From assembly GCF_043950625.1 (NCBI RefSeq), contig NZ_CP171007.1: a DNA stretch of 32,000 nt; one strand, given 5' to 3'. The notes under the pieces are model-generated. The model saw nothing but the letters and a program-made list of their open reading frames with translations. It did no database searches and was not told where the DNA came from. Position numbers and translations under genes: made by a program. Positions 1 to 10,604 of the stretch are shown here, one piece after another. The DNA comes from Alkanindiges sp. WGS2144 (GTDB lineage: Bacteria > Pseudomonadota > Gammaproteobacteria > Pseudomonadales > Moraxellaceae). Position 1 is the stretch's first letter. Each line of letters begins with the position of its first letter.

Positions 1-381
<381 letters not shown>

Positions 382-476
382 TCACAAATAATTTCCTGAG
401 CGGTGATTAGCTTGCAGGCCTTTTAGCCCACAAGATGAGAAGCAGCTTTTTGCCAGCGCTTCTCTGCCAGCTTTAA

Positions 477-3400
477 TCAGTCACCATTTTTCAATTCAAT
501 ATTAATACCCAAGGATTTAATTTCCTTGGTTAACACATTGAACGATTCAGGCATGCCCGGATCCATATAATGGTTGCCGTCTACAATGTTCTTATAGATA
601 CGGGTACGCCCTTCTACGTCATCCGATTTCACAGTGAGCATTTCCTGTAAGGTATAGGTTGCGCCATACGCTTCCAGTGCCCATACTTCCATCTCACCAA
701 AACGCTGACCACCAAACTGCGCTTTACCGCCTAGTGGCTGCTGGGTAACCAAAGAATAAGAACCGGTTGAACGCGCATGCATCTTGTCATCCACCAAGTG
801 GTTGAGTTTGAGCATGTACATATAACCCACGGTTACTGGGCGATCAAACTGCTCACCGGTACGGCCATCAAACAGAATCTGCTGACCGGTTTCCGACAGA
901 TCAGCCAGTTTCAGCAACTGCTTGATCTGGGTTTCCTCAGCACCGTCAAAGACCGGGGTAGCAATGGGTACGCCACCTTTTAGGTTACCTGCCAGATTCA
1001 GTACTTCTGTGTCAGTCAGGGCGCTCAGGCTTTCCTGTTCACCACCGACCTGGTTGTAAATCTTGTCTAAAAATTCACGCAGCTCATTGGTCTGACGTTG
1101 CTGTTTGAGCATGCTATCAATTTTCTGACCTAGACCTTTGGCTGCTAGACCTAGATGCGTTTCCAGAATCTGACCCACGTTCATACGCGATGGTACACCC
1201 AGCGGGTTTAATACCACATCAACCGGCTCGCCATTCTCATCGTATGGCATATCTTCAACCGGCATAATGACGGACACCACGCCCTTGTTACCATGACGAC
1301 CTGCCATCTTGTCACCCGGCTGAATGCGACGCTTCACCGCCAAATAAACCTTGACTACCTTTAGCACACCATGGGTCAGCTCATCGCCGGTAGACAGCTT
1401 GCGCTTTTTCTCGGTGAATTTGTCATCAATTTCCTTTTCCTTCTCACGCAAAAAGTCCTGGATTTGCTGCAAACGCTCAGCGACGGCTTCATCAACAGGC
1501 TGTACATCCAGCAACTGGTTTAGCTCAAGACCCACCAGAACACTATCGTCCAGCACATCACCACGACGGGTAGAACCACCACCATTCACCTTCTGGCCAT
1601 TGAGCAGCTTCACCACACGCTCACGGGCAGCTTCTTCAAAGATCCGGTATTCTTCTTTTAGATCCTTGCGATACGCATCCAGCTGGGCTTTTTCAATCGC
1701 CAGCGCACGCTCATCTTTTTCCAGACCATCACGGGTGAATACCTGAACGTCAATGACTGTTCCTTTGGTACCAGATGGTACACGCAGGGATGAATCTTTC
1801 ACGTCAGCCGCTTTTTCACCAAAAATGGCACGCAACAGCTTTTCTTCCGGAGTGAGCTGAGTTTCACCCTTAGGTGTTACCTTGCCCACCAGAATATCGC
1901 CAGCGTTGACTTCTGCACCAATATAAACAATACCGGATTCATCCAGCTTGGACAGTGCAGCTTCGCCCACGTTTGGAATATCAGCAGTGATTTCCTCAGA
2001 ACCCAGCTTGGTATCACGCGCCACACAGGACAGTTCCTGAATATGGATTGAGGTAAAGCGGTCTTCCTGAACCACACGCTCGGATAACAAAATCGAGTCT
2101 TCGAAGTTATAACCATTCCACGGCATAAAGGCCACACGCATGTTCTGGCCGAGTGCCAGTTCACCAAGGTCAGTGGACGGGCCATCAGCCAGAATATCAC
2201 CACGGGCAATGTCATCACCACGATTGACGATAATGTTCTGGTTAATACAGGTGTTCTGGTTGGAACGGGTGTATTTGATCAGGTTGTAAATATCAACCCC
2301 GGCTTCGCCTGCGTGCATCTCCTCTTCATTGACACGCACGACGATACGGCTGGCATCAACATATTCAATTTTACCACCACGCTTGGCTACCACGCACACA
2401 CCAGAATCGCGTGCCACATGGCGCTCCATGCCAGTACCTACCAGCGGCTTATCAGCGCGTAAAGTAGGAACTGCCTGACGCTGCATGTTGGAACCCATCA
2501 GGGCACGGTTAGCGTCATCATGTTCCAGGAACGGAATCAAACTAGCAGCCACAGAAACCACCTGACGTGGTGACACATCCATATGGGTCACTTTATCAGA
2601 AGCCATGCGTACAAATTCGCCCTGATAGCGCACAGACACGACTTCTTCAGTCAGTTTGCCATCGCCATCTACCGGAGAATCCGCCTGTGCAATGACTGTG
2701 CCGTTTTCTTCAATGGCTGACAGGTATTCAATATCATCGGTTACACGCCCATCAACCACTTTACGGTAAGGGGTTTCCAGAAAGCCAAAATCATTGGCCT
2801 TGGCATACACCGACAGCGAGTTAATCAGACCAATGTTTGGACCTTCCGGCGTTTCAATAGGACACACACGACCGTAATGAGTCTGGTGTACGTCACGCAC
2901 CTCAAAGCCAGCACGCTCACGGGTTAAACCGCCTGGCCCAAGCGCAGAAACACGACGTTTATGAGTGATCTCAGATAATGGATTGTTTTGATCCATAAAC
3001 TGCGACAGCTGGCTGGAACCGAAGAATTCCTTGATGGCAGCAGCTACCGGCTTGGCATTGATCAGATCCTGTGGCGATAAACCTTCGGTTTCAGCCTGAT
3101 TCAGACGTTCTTTGACTGCACGCTCAACCCGTACCAAGCCCACGCGGAACTGGTTTTCGGTCATTTCACCTACTGAACGCACACGACGGTTACCCAAGTG
3201 GTCAATATCATCCACTTCACCTTTACCGTTACGGATATCAACCAGTGTACGCAGTACATCAACGATATCTTCATTGCTCAGGATCCCTTCAACCTGACGC
3301 GATTTCTGGTCAGTGCCAACTTCATATGGACGACCCAGGCGACGATTGAACTTCATGCGGCCAACTGGCGACAGGTCATAACGCTCAGAGCTAAAGAACA

Positions 3401-4562
3401 GATTATTAAACAGATTATCAGCAGCTTCCTTGGTCGGTGGCTCACCTGGACGCATCACTTTATAGATTTCAACCAGTGCATCTTCACGTGTACGTGTTGT
3501 ATCGGCACGCAGGGAGTCTGCAATAAAGGAACCACGGTCAATATCATTAGTAAACAGTATATTGAACTGCTTGACGCCGCCTTCAACCAGCTTGACCAGC
3601 ACCTCATGACTAATCACGGTATTGGCTTCAACCACATCGCCACTTTTCAGGCTAATGTCTTCTGCAGTAATGCGCTCATACAAATACTCATCCGGCACTG
3701 CAAGCTTGGTTAAACCTGCTGCTTCCATCTGACGCACATGACGGGCATTAATACGCTTACCCTGCTCAACAATCACCTTGCCGTCTTTATCATTAATATC
3801 AAATTGTGCCATTTCACCGCGCAGACGCTCAGGCACCAGATCAATTTGATAGGTCTCTTCTACATATACTGGTACTTTTTCAAAGAACAAATCCAGAATC
3901 TGCTCAGTGTTATAGCCCAGCGCACGCAGTACTACGGTGGCCAGCAGTTTTCGACGGCGGTCAATACGCGCGTATACCAGGTCTTTGGCATCGAACTCAA
4001 AGTCCAGCCAGGAACCACGGTAAGGAATAATGCGGGCAGAATACAACACCTTGCCCGAAGAGTGGGTCTTGCCTTTATCATGGTCAAAGAACACACCAGG
4101 CGAACGGTGTAACTGCGACACAATCACGCGCTCAGTACCATTAATAACAAAGGTACCGTTTTCAGTCATGAGCGGAATTTCACCCATGTACACTTCCTGC
4201 TCGCGCACGTCTTTAATCGATTTGGTTTCACGATCGTAAATAATCAGGCGAATTTTAACGCGCATTGGTGCAGCGTAGGTCGAACCACGCAAAATACACT
4301 CACGCACGTCAAATTCAGGCTTGCCCAGATTGTATTCGACAAACTCTAATGCGGCATTACCAGAATAGCTAACAATAGGAAAAACAGAACGAAAAGCAGC
4401 TTGCAAACCAAGGTCTTCACGTTGTTTAGGGGATTTACCATCTTGTAAAAATGCACGATACGAATCAACCTGAATGGCCAACAGGTACGGTACATCCATC
4501 ACATTGGGCAACTTACCAAAATTCTTGCGGATCCGTTTCTTTTCGGTATAGGAGTATGCCAT
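477..4562 (-). CDS. rpoB: DNA-directed RNA polymerase subunit beta (1361 aa)
   Basis: ORF 477..4652. The conserved N-terminus [18 protein letters not shown] begins at the internal Met, 30 codons into the ORF (ATG at 4562). RpoB hallmarks are present throughout. The rifampicin region [47 protein letters not shown] shows no classic resistance substitution. Confidence 0.97.
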   Translation of the reverse strand: MAYSYTEKKRIRKNFGKLPNVMDVPYLLAIQVDSYRAFLQDGKSPKQREDLGLQAAFRSVFPIVSYSGNAALEFVEYNLGKPEFDVRECILRGSTYAAPMRVKIRLIIYDRETKSIKDVREQEVYMGEIPLMTENGTFVINGTERVIVSQLHRSPGVFFDHDKGKTHSSGKVLYSARIIPYRGSWLDFEFDAKDLVYARIDRRRKLLATVVLRALGYNTEQILDLFFEKVPVYVEETYQIDLVPERLRGEMAQFDINDKDGKVIVEQGKRINARHVRQMEAAGLTKLAVPDEYLYERITAEDISLKSGDVVEANTVISHEVLVKLVEGGVKQFNILFTNDIDRGSFIADSLRADTTRTREDALVEIYKVMRPGEPPTKEAADNLFNNLFFSSERYDLSPVGRMKFNRRLGRPYEVGTDQKSRQVEGILSNEDIVDVLRTLVDIRNGKGEVDDIDHLGNRRVRSVGEMTENQFRVGLVRVERAVKERLNQAETEGLSPQDLINAKPVAAAIKEFFGSSQLSQFMDQNNPLSEITHKRRVSALGPGGLTRERAGFEVRDVHQTHYGRVCPIETPEGPNIGLINSLSVYAKANDFGFLETPYRKVVDGRVTDDIEYLSAIEENGTVIAQADSPVDGDGKLTEEVVSVRYQGEFVRMASDKVTHMDVSPRQVVSVAASLIPFLEHDDANRALMGSNMQRQAVPTLRADKPLVGTGMERHVARDSGVCVVAKRGGKIEYVDASRIVVRVNEEEMHAGEAGVDIYNLIKYTRSNQNTCINQNIIVNRGDDIARGDILADGPSTDLGELALGQNMRVAFMPWNGYNFEDSILLSERVVQEDRFTSIHIQELSCVARDTKLGSEEITADIPNVGEAALSKLDESGIVYIGAEVNAGDILVGKVTPKGETQLTPEEKLLRAIFGEKAADVKDSSLRVPSGTKGTVIDVQVFTRDGLEKDERALAIEKAQLDAYRKDLKEEYRIFEEAARERVVKLLNGQKVNGGGSTRRGDVLDDSVLVGLELNQLLDVQPVDEAVAERLQQIQDFLREKEKEIDDKFTEKKRKLSTGDELTHGVLKVVKVYLAVKRRIQPGDKMAGRHGNKGVVSVIMPVEDMPYDENGEPVDVVLNPLGVPSRMNVGQILETHLGLAAKGLGQKIDSMLKQQRQTNELREFLDKIYNQVGGEQESLSALTDTEVLNLAGNLKGGVPIATPVFDGAEETQIKQLLKLADLSETGQQILFDGRTGEQFDRPVTVGYMYMLKLNHLVDDKMHARSTGSYSLVTQQPLGGKAQFGGQRFGEMEVWALEAYGATYTLQEMLTVKSDDVEGRTRIYKNIVDGNHYMDPGMPESFNVLTKEIKSLGINIELKNGD

Positions 4563-4737
4563 CTGGAGTCCTCGGAAAGTAAACCAGACTCGCCTGCAGA
4601 ACGAGCCTAGAGGGGAAACACGATGCCGATATGGCAACCAGTCAATTTGCACAATTATGGATCAATAATCACTATCCACAACTGAGTGCATCAAACTCAC
4701 TGGTGAAAATTAAACTAATTTAAAGCACTAAAACCTA

Positions 4738-4803
4738 AAAATGCTTAGCAATGCTTTTTTGAACCCCACCAACTGCGCCCTCAAAAACAGTGCTAAGCAT
4801 TTT
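4738..4803 (-). repeat. 13-bp perfect long-range inverted repeat in the rplL-rpoB spacer (AAAATGCTTAGCA, 40 nt, TGCTAAGCATTTT)
   Basis: The arms at 4738-4750 and 4791-4803 are exact reverse complements. On the transcribed minus strand the stem is followed by a U-rich stretch. The position matches the attenuator / RNase III processing region known in the E. coli rplL-rpoB spacer. Confidence 0.6.
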
Positions 4804-4860
4804 GCTTGCATCGCGATACAAAATTGACAAAAAATCGAGCCGAACATTGTAACGCAAAAA

Positions 4861-4886
4861 GGCTGACGACCCAAGAGCCATCAGCC
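4861..4886 (-). terminator. Weak hairpin plus T5, a candidate rplL-rpoB attenuator
   Basis: GGCTGA (4861-4866) pairs with TCAGCC (4881-4886). On the minus strand the stem is followed by TTTTTGCG. It lies about 40 nt downstream of the rplL stop. A second 7-bp hairpin, TGGAGTC/GACTCCA, sits at 4894-4918. The stem is short, so any termination would be partial at best. Confidence 0.35.
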
Positions 4887-4926
4887 ATTTTTTTGGAGTC
4901 AATAAAATAACGACTCCACGCTTACA

Positions 4927-5301
4927 TTACTTCAGAGTAACGGTAGCGCCAGCTTCTTCAAGCTTTTTCTTCAGCTCTTCAGCTTCTTCTTTGCTTACGC
5001 CTTCTTTCAGCACTTGTGGAGCACCTTCTACCAGATCTTTTGCTTCTTTCAGACCTAGGCCAGTGGCTTCACGAACAGCCTTAATAACAGCTACTTTGTT
5101 ACCGCCAAAGCTGGTCAGTTCAACATTGAACTCAGTTTGTTCAGCAGCGGCAGCAGCGCCACCTTCAGCAGGACCTGCAGCAACTGCAACTGCAGCAGCA
5201 GATACGTTGAATTTCTCTTCAAAAGCAGAAATTAACTCAACCAGCTCAAGAACAGTTTTCTCAGCAACGGCGTTCAGGATTTCTTCGTTGGACAATGCCA
5301 T
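4927..5301 (-). CDS. rplL: 50S ribosomal protein L7/L12
   Basis: 124 aa with an Ala-rich hinge and the C-terminal [27 protein letters not shown]...[15 protein letters not shown] motif. It sits between rplJ and rpoB. Confidence 0.97.
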   Translation of the reverse strand: MALSNEEILNAVAEKTVLELVELISAFEEKFNVSAAAVAVAAGPAEGGAAAAAEQTEFNVELTSFGGNKVAVIKAVREATGLGLKEAKDLVEGAPQVLKEGVSKEEAEELKKKLEEAGATVTLK

Positions 5302-5340
5302 GATTAAAACTCCAAAAGGATATATGGGGTGATGAATAAA

Positions 5341-5847
5341 TTAAGCAGCTTCTTGCTCTTGCTTTTCTTTCAAAGCAGTCAGCAAGCGACCAAATTTGGA
5401 TACTGGTGCCTGTAGCACAGAAGCCAGCATGGTCAGTGCAGTATGCTGGTTCGGTAAGTTGGCAATGGTGTTGATTTCACTTGCACCATACAACTTGCCG
5501 TCAAATGCAGCAGACTTGATCTCAAATTTCGCGTTGTCTTTGGCAAAGTCCTTAAACAGGCGTGCCGCAGCACCCATGTCATCTTCAGACGTTGACAAAC
5601 CGATAATGGTTGGACCAGTTAAAGTCTCGTTCAATACATCAAACTGAGTACCTTCAAACGCACGCTTAGCCAGGGTATTACGCACAACACGTAAATACAC
5701 TCCAGACTGACGCGCGTTCACACGCAATTGAGTCAATTGCTCAACGGTCAAACCACGATAGTCGGCAACAACAGCAGAGAAAGCAGTGCTGGCAGCTTCA
5801 TTAACCGCCGCAACAATCTCTTTTTTATCCTCTAAACGTAGAGTCAC
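5341..5847 (-). CDS. rplJ: 50S ribosomal protein L10
   Basis: 168 aa beginning MTLRLEDKKEIVAAVNEAA...VVADYRGLTVEQLTQLR, typical of L10. It lies immediately upstream of rplL. Confidence 0.95.
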   Translation of the reverse strand: MTLRLEDKKEIVAAVNEAASTAFSAVVADYRGLTVEQLTQLRVNARQSGVYLRVVRNTLAKRAFEGTQFDVLNETLTGPTIIGLSTSEDDMGAAARLFKDFAKDNAKFEIKSAAFDGKLYGASEINTIANLPNQHTALTMLASVLQAPVSKFGRLLTALKEKQEQEAA

Positions 5848-6184
5848 TGTAACCTCCTAACAATGATTTGTGCACCCAAATAATTTTGGTAAATGCACTC
5901 CCATAAAATGTAGACAAGCAAGCTTGCCTACACGCGGAGGTGGCAACTTCTGCATAAGCATTCATCACACCACCGCGTCTGCGCAGGCTGATCTTTTAAG
6001 GCCAATACGAGCAAACCCGTCAGGCCGCCTGTGGTCTTTGACGCCGACAGGTCAACCTGCCAATTCAAAGTCCGGGTGAGGCTACCACAGCAAAGCCAGG
6101 CTTCGCCGGGTCACAGAACCAAAGTCATGCTTTAAATTTCTATGGATTGCCTCAAATTTTTTAAATTACTGAAACAACTAAAAA
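5848..6184 (-). promoter_or_regulatory. rplJ leader / rplKA-rplJL inter-operon spacer (expected site of the L10 promoter and the L10-L12 autoregulatory leader)
   Basis: This is a 337-nt untranslated gap between the rplA stop and the rplJ start with no credible coding-strand ORF. In E. coli the equivalent spacer carries PL10 and the L10 leader. The structure itself was not modelled here. Confidence 0.4.
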
Positions 6185-6880
6185 TTAGTTAGAAACAGAA
6201 GCGACATCAATGGCTAAACCTGGGCCCATGGTAGAGCTCAAGGTAATTTTCTTGATATATACACCCTTAGAGGTGGCCGGCTTGGCTTTTTTCAGATCAG
6301 AAATTAACGCTTCAACGTTTTGACGAACCGCAGCAGCCTCAAAACCTACCTGACCGATGCCAGCATGGATAATACCACCCTTGTCAACACGGTAGCGTGC
6401 CTGACCGGCTTTGGCATTACGCACTGCACCAGCAACATCAGGAGTCACTGTACCTACTTTCGGGTTTGGCATTAAACCACGTGGACCCAGAATAGTACCC
6501 AGCTTACCAACAACACGCATGGCGTCAGGGGCAGCAATGACTACGTCAAAGTCCAGGTTACCGGCTTGAATACTATCAGCCAGATCGTCAAAACCAACCA
6601 CGTCTGCGCCTTCAGCTTTAGCCGCTTCAGCAGCAGCACCCTGTGCAAATACGGCGACGCGTACAGTTTTACCCGTACCCGCTGGCAGTGTAGTAGCACC
6701 ACGAACAACCTGATCAGATTTACGCGGATCAACGCCCAGGTTAACCGAGATATCCAGAGATTCTTTAAACTTGGCAGCAGGCAGGCTGTTTAACAGGCTT
6801 ACCGCTTCTTCCAGAGTGTATACTTTGCCAGCTTCAACCTGAGCTGCAATCGCCTTTTGGCGTTTGGTTAACTTTGCCAT
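6185..6880 (-). CDS. rplA: 50S ribosomal protein L1
   Basis: 231 aa beginning [27 protein letters not shown]...[11 protein letters not shown], typical of L1. It starts 3 nt after the rplK stop. Confidence 0.96.
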   Translation of the reverse strand: MAKLTKRQKAIAAQVEAGKVYTLEEAVSLLNSLPAAKFKESLDISVNLGVDPRKSDQVVRGATTLPAGTGKTVRVAVFAQGAAAEAAKAEGADVVGFDDLADSIQAGNLDFDVVIAAPDAMRVVGKLGTILGPRGLMPNPKVGTVTPDVAGAVRNAKAGQARYRVDKGGIIHAGIGQVGFEAAAVRQNVEALISDLKKAKPATSKGVYIKKITLSSTMGPGLAIDVASVSN

Positions 6881-6883
6881 CTC

Positions 6884-7315
6884 TTACAGTCCTTCTACTT
6901 CAAGACCCATAGAACGTGCAGAACCAGCAATAGTACGCACACGTGCTTCCAAATCAGCACCGGTCAAATCCGGCTCTTTAGTGGTTGCAATTTCTTCAAT
7001 TTGGGCGCGGGTGATCTTACCCACTTTTTGTGTATTAGGACGTGCAGAACCTTTAGCCAGTCCAGCTGCTTTTTTGAGCAAAATGGCCGCAGGTGGCGTT
7101 TTCATCACAAAAGTAAACGACTTGTCGTTATACACTGTGATCACTACCGGAATTGGCAGGCCTGGCTCAACTTTTTGAGTGGCTGCGTTAAATTCCTTAC
7201 AGAACGCCATGATATTTACACCACGCTGGCCTAAAGCCGGACCAATGGGTGGTGATGGATTTGCTTTGCCAGCTGGAACTTGCAGCTTGATATAGCCGTC
7301 AATCTTCTTGGCCAT
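6884..7315 (-). CDS. rplK: 50S ribosomal protein L11
   Basis: ORF 6884..7354. The conserved start [43 protein letters not shown] is at the internal Met (ATG at 7315). Confidence 0.95.
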   Translation of the reverse strand: MAKKIDGYIKLQVPAGKANPSPPIGPALGQRGVNIMAFCKEFNAATQKVEPGLPIPVVITVYNDKSFTFVMKTPPAAILLKKAAGLAKGSARPNTQKVGKITRAQIEEIATTKEPDLTGADLEARVRTIAGSARSMGLEVEGL

Positions 7316-7413
7316 GATAACTCCCTGGGTACAAACGCCTGTTCGGCTCCCCATTATTCATTTTGCAGAGACTACAAATACGATATTTGCTAAACCCCAA
7401 CCAGAAACACGTA

Positions 7414-7434
7414 GGGCGAAGCACAGCTTCGCCC
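7414..7434 (-). terminator. GC-rich hairpin between nusG and rplK (probable secE-nusG terminator/attenuator)
   Basis: GGGCGAAGC-aca-GCTTCGCCC forms a perfect 9-bp stem with a 3-nt loop. It lies about 80 nt after the nusG stop. On the minus strand it is followed by UACGUGUUUCUGGUU, which is only moderately U-rich. Confidence 0.45.
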
Positions 7435-7512
7435 TTGCGCTCATTGCGAGCAAACTTTAAACAAGCTTGCTCAGGGCGCGGTATTGTACACGGAATTTTA
7501 AAAAAAGACCAG

Positions 7513-8046
7513 TTAAATTGTCTTTTCGACCTGACGAAATTCCAGCTCCACCTGAGTGGGACGATTAAAGACATTAATGGTTAAGGTCAGGCGGGATTTT
7601 TCATACTGGACTTCTTCTACCACGCCTTTAAAGTCGGTAAATGGACCATCAGTAACCAGCAACTCTTCTCCCGGCTCAAACATGGTTTTAGGCCGTGGTG
7701 CTTCACCCGTATTACGTACACGCGCCAAAATAGCGTCAGCCTCTTTTTGCGTGATTGGAGCTGGTCTTTCAGGCGTACCGCCAATAAAACCCAACACCTT
7801 GGGGCATTCCTTAACAATGTGCCAGGTGTCATCATTCATTTCCATTTCTATTAACACATAACCTGGAAAGAACTTACGCTCACTTTTACGTTTTTTACCA
7901 TCCTTCATTTCCACCACTTCTTCGGTAGGAACCAGGACTTCACCAAAACTATCTTTAACACTACTACGTTCGATTCGGTCTTTCAGCGAACGCATGACTT
8001 GCTTTTCAAAGCCTGAATAGGCATGAACAATATACCAGCGTTTCAT
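7513..8046 (-). CDS. nusG: Transcription termination/antitermination factor NusG
   Basis: ORF 7513..8094. The conserved start [17 protein letters not shown] is at the internal Met (ATG at 8046). A KOW region ([24 protein letters not shown]) is present. Confidence 0.95.
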   Translation of the reverse strand: MKRWYIVHAYSGFEKQVMRSLKDRIERSSVKDSFGEVLVPTEEVVEMKDGKKRKSERKFFPGYVLIEMEMNDDTWHIVKECPKVLGFIGGTPERPAPITQKEADAILARVRNTGEAPRPKTMFEPGEELLVTDGPFTDFKGVVEEVQYEKSRLTLTINVFNRPTQVELEFRQVEKTI

Positions 8047-8050
8047 AGCA

Positions 8051-8494
8051 TTATCCGATGATCGACTGAATGAGCCAGCCAAATAAAGTATCAAAACCCC
8101 AAAGAATCACACTCATGATAACTACCACAACCAGCACTTGCCAGGTAGTACTTACCGTCTCCGGCTTGGTGGGCCAGGTGACCCGGCGCAATTCGATTCG
8201 GGAATCTTTTAATAGAGCGACGAAGGCTTTGCCCTGATGGGTTGCATACAACAAGCCCAAGGCTACCACAATAGAAGCAACGATAGCTCCAATGCGAACC
8301 CCTACATTGCTGGCAGGTGCCCAGTAGGCTGGCAGATATTGATTGATCAAGGTTGCCCCAATCAATAAAGCCAGTGCGAGTACCCAAAAAACAATATCCA
8401 GCATAGAGCCATTCTTCACGACTTCTGCTGGATCAATATGTTGGGGTATCGCCGCGCCGCTCAATGCATCACGCGTCTTTTCGTCAGTCGACAT
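8051..8494 (-). CDS. secE: Preprotein translocase subunit SecE
   Basis: ORF 8051..8593, but its first 33 codons overlap tRNA-Trp. The internal ATG at 8494 gives MSTDEKTR... (147 aa) with three hydrophobic segments and a conserved C-terminal part ([13 protein letters not shown]). It lies directly upstream of nusG. Confidence 0.85.
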   Translation of the reverse strand: MSTDEKTRDALSGAAIPQHIDPAEVVKNGSMLDIVFWVLALALLIGATLINQYLPAYWAPASNVGVRIGAIVASIVVALGLLYATHQGKAFVALLKDSRIELRRVTWPTKPETVSTTWQVLVVVVIMSVILWGFDTLFGWLIQSIIG

Positions 8495-8560
8495 TATTAT
8501 AGACTCGTTGTTAATCCTATGACTTAATAAACGAAAGTCAGCATTAAGCTTTACAAAATA

Positions 8561-8636
8561 TGGCAGGCCAGGAGGGACTCGAACCCCCAACATTCGGTTT
8601 TGGAGACCGACGCTCTACCAATTGAACTACTGGCCT
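8561..8636 (-). tRNA. tRNA-Trp (anticodon CCA)
   Basis: The reverse complement reads AGGCCAGTAGTTCAATTGGTAGAGCGTCGGTCTCCAAAACCGAATGTTGGGGGTTCGAGTCCCTCCTGGCCTGCCA. The acceptor stem is AGGCCAG/CTGGCCT, the anticodon loop is CTCCAAA, and the TPsiC arm GGTTCGAGTCC and an encoded CCA are present. Confidence 0.93.
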
Positions 8637-8700
8637 GGAGAGCATCCGAAGGCTAACATATAACCTTCGGAAGAACTAAACACTGATAAGCGACTATTTC

Positions 8701-9891
8701 TTAGTCAACCACACGAGCAACCACACCAGCACCTACGGTACGGCCGCCTTCACGGATGGCAAAGCGCAGGCCCTGATCCATTGCGATCGGGTGAATCAGC
8801 TCAACAGACATCTGTACGTTGTCACCTGGCATGACCATTTCCACGCCTTCAGGCAGGTTGATGGCACCGGTCACGTCAGTGGTACGGAAGTAGAACTGAG
8901 GACGGTAACCGTTTAAGAATGGGGTGTGACGACCACCTTCATCTTTGGACAGTACGTAAACTTCAGCTTCAAACTTGGTGTGTGGCTTGATGGAACCTGG
9001 CTTGGCCAGTACCTGACCACGCTGTACGTCTTCACGCTTGGTACCACGTAGCAATACACCACAGTTCTCACCAGCACGACCTTCGTCCAGCAGTTTGCGG
9101 AACATTTCAACACCAGTCACGGTCGTCTTCACGGTATCTTTGATACCAACGATTTCTACTTCTTCACCTACCTTGATGATGCCTGATTCAACACGGCCAG
9201 TCACGACAGTACCGCGACCAGAGATGGAGAATACGTCTTCAATAGGCAGCAGGAATGGCTTATCAATGGCACGCTCTGGCTCAGGAATGTAGGTATCCAG
9301 TGTTTCAACCAGTTTTAATACTGCAGCAACGCCATAGTCACCATCTTCACCGTTTAGGGCAGACAGGGCTGAACCACGAATAACCGGGGTGTCATCACCA
9401 GGGAAGTCGTACTTGGACAGCAGTTCACGTACTTCCATTTCAACCAGTTCGATCAGTTCTTCGTCATCTACCAGGTCGCATTTGTTCAAAAATACGATGA
9501 TGTAAGGTACACCTACCTGACGGGATAACAGGATGTGCTCACGGGTCTGTGGCATTGGGCCATCAGTGGCAGAGCAAACTAAAATTGCACCGTCCATCTG
9601 GGCAGCACCGGTGATCATGTTTTTTACATAGTCAGCGTGGCCTGGGCAGTCAACGTGGGCATAGTGACGGCTTGGGCTGTCATATTCAACGTGTGAGGTG
9701 TTGATGGTAATACCACGGGCTTTTTCTTCAGGTGCTGAGTCAATGGCTGCGTAGTCTTTGGCTTCTCCACCAAAAGTCTTGGCACATACTGTTGCAATCG
9801 CAGCAGTCAGTGTGGTTTTACCATGGTCAACGTGACCAATGGTGCCGACGTTTACGTGCGGCTTGTTACGTTCAAACTTGGCCTTTGCCAT
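8701..9891 (-). CDS. tuf: Elongation factor Tu
   Basis: ORF 8701..9936. The conserved start [28 protein letters not shown] is at the internal Met (ATG at 9891), giving 396 aa. Confidence 0.97.
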   Translation of the reverse strand: MAKAKFERNKPHVNVGTIGHVDHGKTTLTAAIATVCAKTFGGEAKDYAAIDSAPEEKARGITINTSHVEYDSPSRHYAHVDCPGHADYVKNMITGAAQMDGAILVCSATDGPMPQTREHILLSRQVGVPYIIVFLNKCDLVDDEELIELVEMEVRELLSKYDFPGDDTPVIRGSALSALNGEDGDYGVAAVLKLVETLDTYIPEPERAIDKPFLLPIEDVFSISGRGTVVTGRVESGIIKVGEEVEIVGIKDTVKTTVTGVEMFRKLLDEGRAGENCGVLLRGTKREDVQRGQVLAKPGSIKPHTKFEAEVYVLSKDEGGRHTPFLNGYRPQFYFRTTDVTGAINLPEGVEMVMPGDNVQMSVELIHPIAMDQGLRFAIREGGRTVGAGVVARVVD

Positions 9892-10114
9892 GATGTTCTT
9901 CCTCGTCCACGTCGAATGCTTTTGACATCCGCACACTATTTAAACTTAGCCTACGACTGTTTTAAATCAGTCCATGACTGTTAAATTTAGTCTATTGACA
10001 CCGGGTCTGTTGACTCTGATTCTTGTCAGCGGCACATTAAAACATGCCCTGCGTATTAACACAATAATTTGGGCAGGTCTAATGCCTGCCCTGGTGGTAT
10101 TTAACCACTTGATC

Positions 10115-10189
<75 letters not shown>

Positions 10190-10202
10190 TGAATTTACAC
10201 AC

Positions 10203-10278
10203 TGGAGCGGGAGACGAGGTTCGAACTCGCGACATTCAGCTTGGAAGGCTGACGCTCTACCAACTGAGCTACTCCCGC
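10203..10278 (-). tRNA. tRNA-Gly (anticodon TCC)
   Basis: The reverse complement reads GCGGGAGTAGCTCAGTTGGTAGAGCGTCAGCCTTCCAAGCTGAATGTCGCGAGTTCGAACCTCGTCTCCCGCTCCA. The anticodon stem-loop is TCAGC-CTTCCAA-GCTGA. Confidence 0.92.
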
Positions 10279-10304
10279 ACTATTGTTGTGTTTTCCATAT
10301 TATA

Positions 10305-10388
10305 TGGTGGTGGGGGCAGGATTCGAACCTGCGAAGCTTTCGCGAGAGAGTTACAGTCTCTTGGGTTTGACCGCTCCCCAACCCCACC
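10305..10388 (-). tRNA. tRNA-Tyr (anticodon GTA), with long variable arm
   Basis: The reverse complement reads GGTGGGGTTGGGGAGCGGTCAAACCCAAGAGACTGTAACTCTCTCGCGAAAGCTTCGCAGGTTCGAATCCTGCCCCCACCACCA. The acceptor stem is GGTGGGG/CCCCACC, with GTA in the anticodon loop. At 84 nt with an extra arm it is a class II tRNA. Confidence 0.92.
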
Positions 10389-10437
10389 GTTGTGCTAGCA
10401 ACTAACACTGCTTGCTGATGCAAAACCAACCAGTTTG

Positions 10438-10513
<76 letters not shown>

Positions 10514-10527
10514 TTTAGGTTTTGCGC

Positions 10528-10556
10528 ATCATATGAAGCGGACAGCAGTTTAACAA
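10528..10556 (-). promoter_or_regulatory. Sigma70-type promoter of the tRNA-tuf operon
   Basis: The minus strand reads TTGTTA (10556-10551), a 17-nt spacer, then TATGAT (10533-10528). A GC-rich discriminator GCGC follows, and the first tRNA begins 14 nt after the -10. An A/T-rich UP-like tract (AAAAATTTAAAAAAAG) lies upstream. This was called by eye only. Confidence 0.5.
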
Positions 10557-10604
10557 AAACAAAATGGGACACAAGAGCTTTTTTTAAATTTTTGCAAAAA
10601 AAGC

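Noticed and set aside
1351-4239. Several long plus-strand ORFs inside rpoB (1351..1746, 3112..3297, 3198..3713, 3738..4112, 3806..4030, 4030..4239).
   Set aside because: They are antisense to a highly conserved gene and have low-complexity, Ser/Thr/Arg- or Ile/Phe-rich translations with no recognisable motifs. These are typical shadow ORFs.
4563-4652. A 30-codon N-terminal extension of the rpoB ORF ([11 protein letters not shown]...). Similar 5' extensions occur on the rplK, nusG, tuf, gspN, MFS, channel-like, AidB-like and IS orfA ORFs.
   Set aside because: In each case the universally conserved N-terminus starts at an internal Met with a plausible ribosome-binding site. The extensions are simply read-through to the nearest upstream stop.
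5870-6079. A 69-aa plus-strand ORF in the rplA-rplJ spacer.
   Set aside because: It lies antisense within the expected structured L10 leader, is Arg/Pro/Gly-rich and has no start context.
8495-8593. The 5' part of the listed secE ORF (MLGVRVPPGLPYFVKLNADF...).
   Set aside because: It overlaps tRNA-Trp (8561-8636) on the same strand. The true secE start is the ATG at 8494.
8645-8671. A perfect 8-bp hairpin TCCGAAGG/CCTTCGGA between tuf and tRNA-Trp, and a similar GGGCAGG/CCTGCCC hairpin at 10071-10091 between tRNA-Thr and tuf, considered as terminators.
   Set aside because: Neither is followed by a U-tract on the transcribed strand, and both lie inside units expected to be co-transcribed. 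They are more likely processing or stability stems, so I did not call them terminators.
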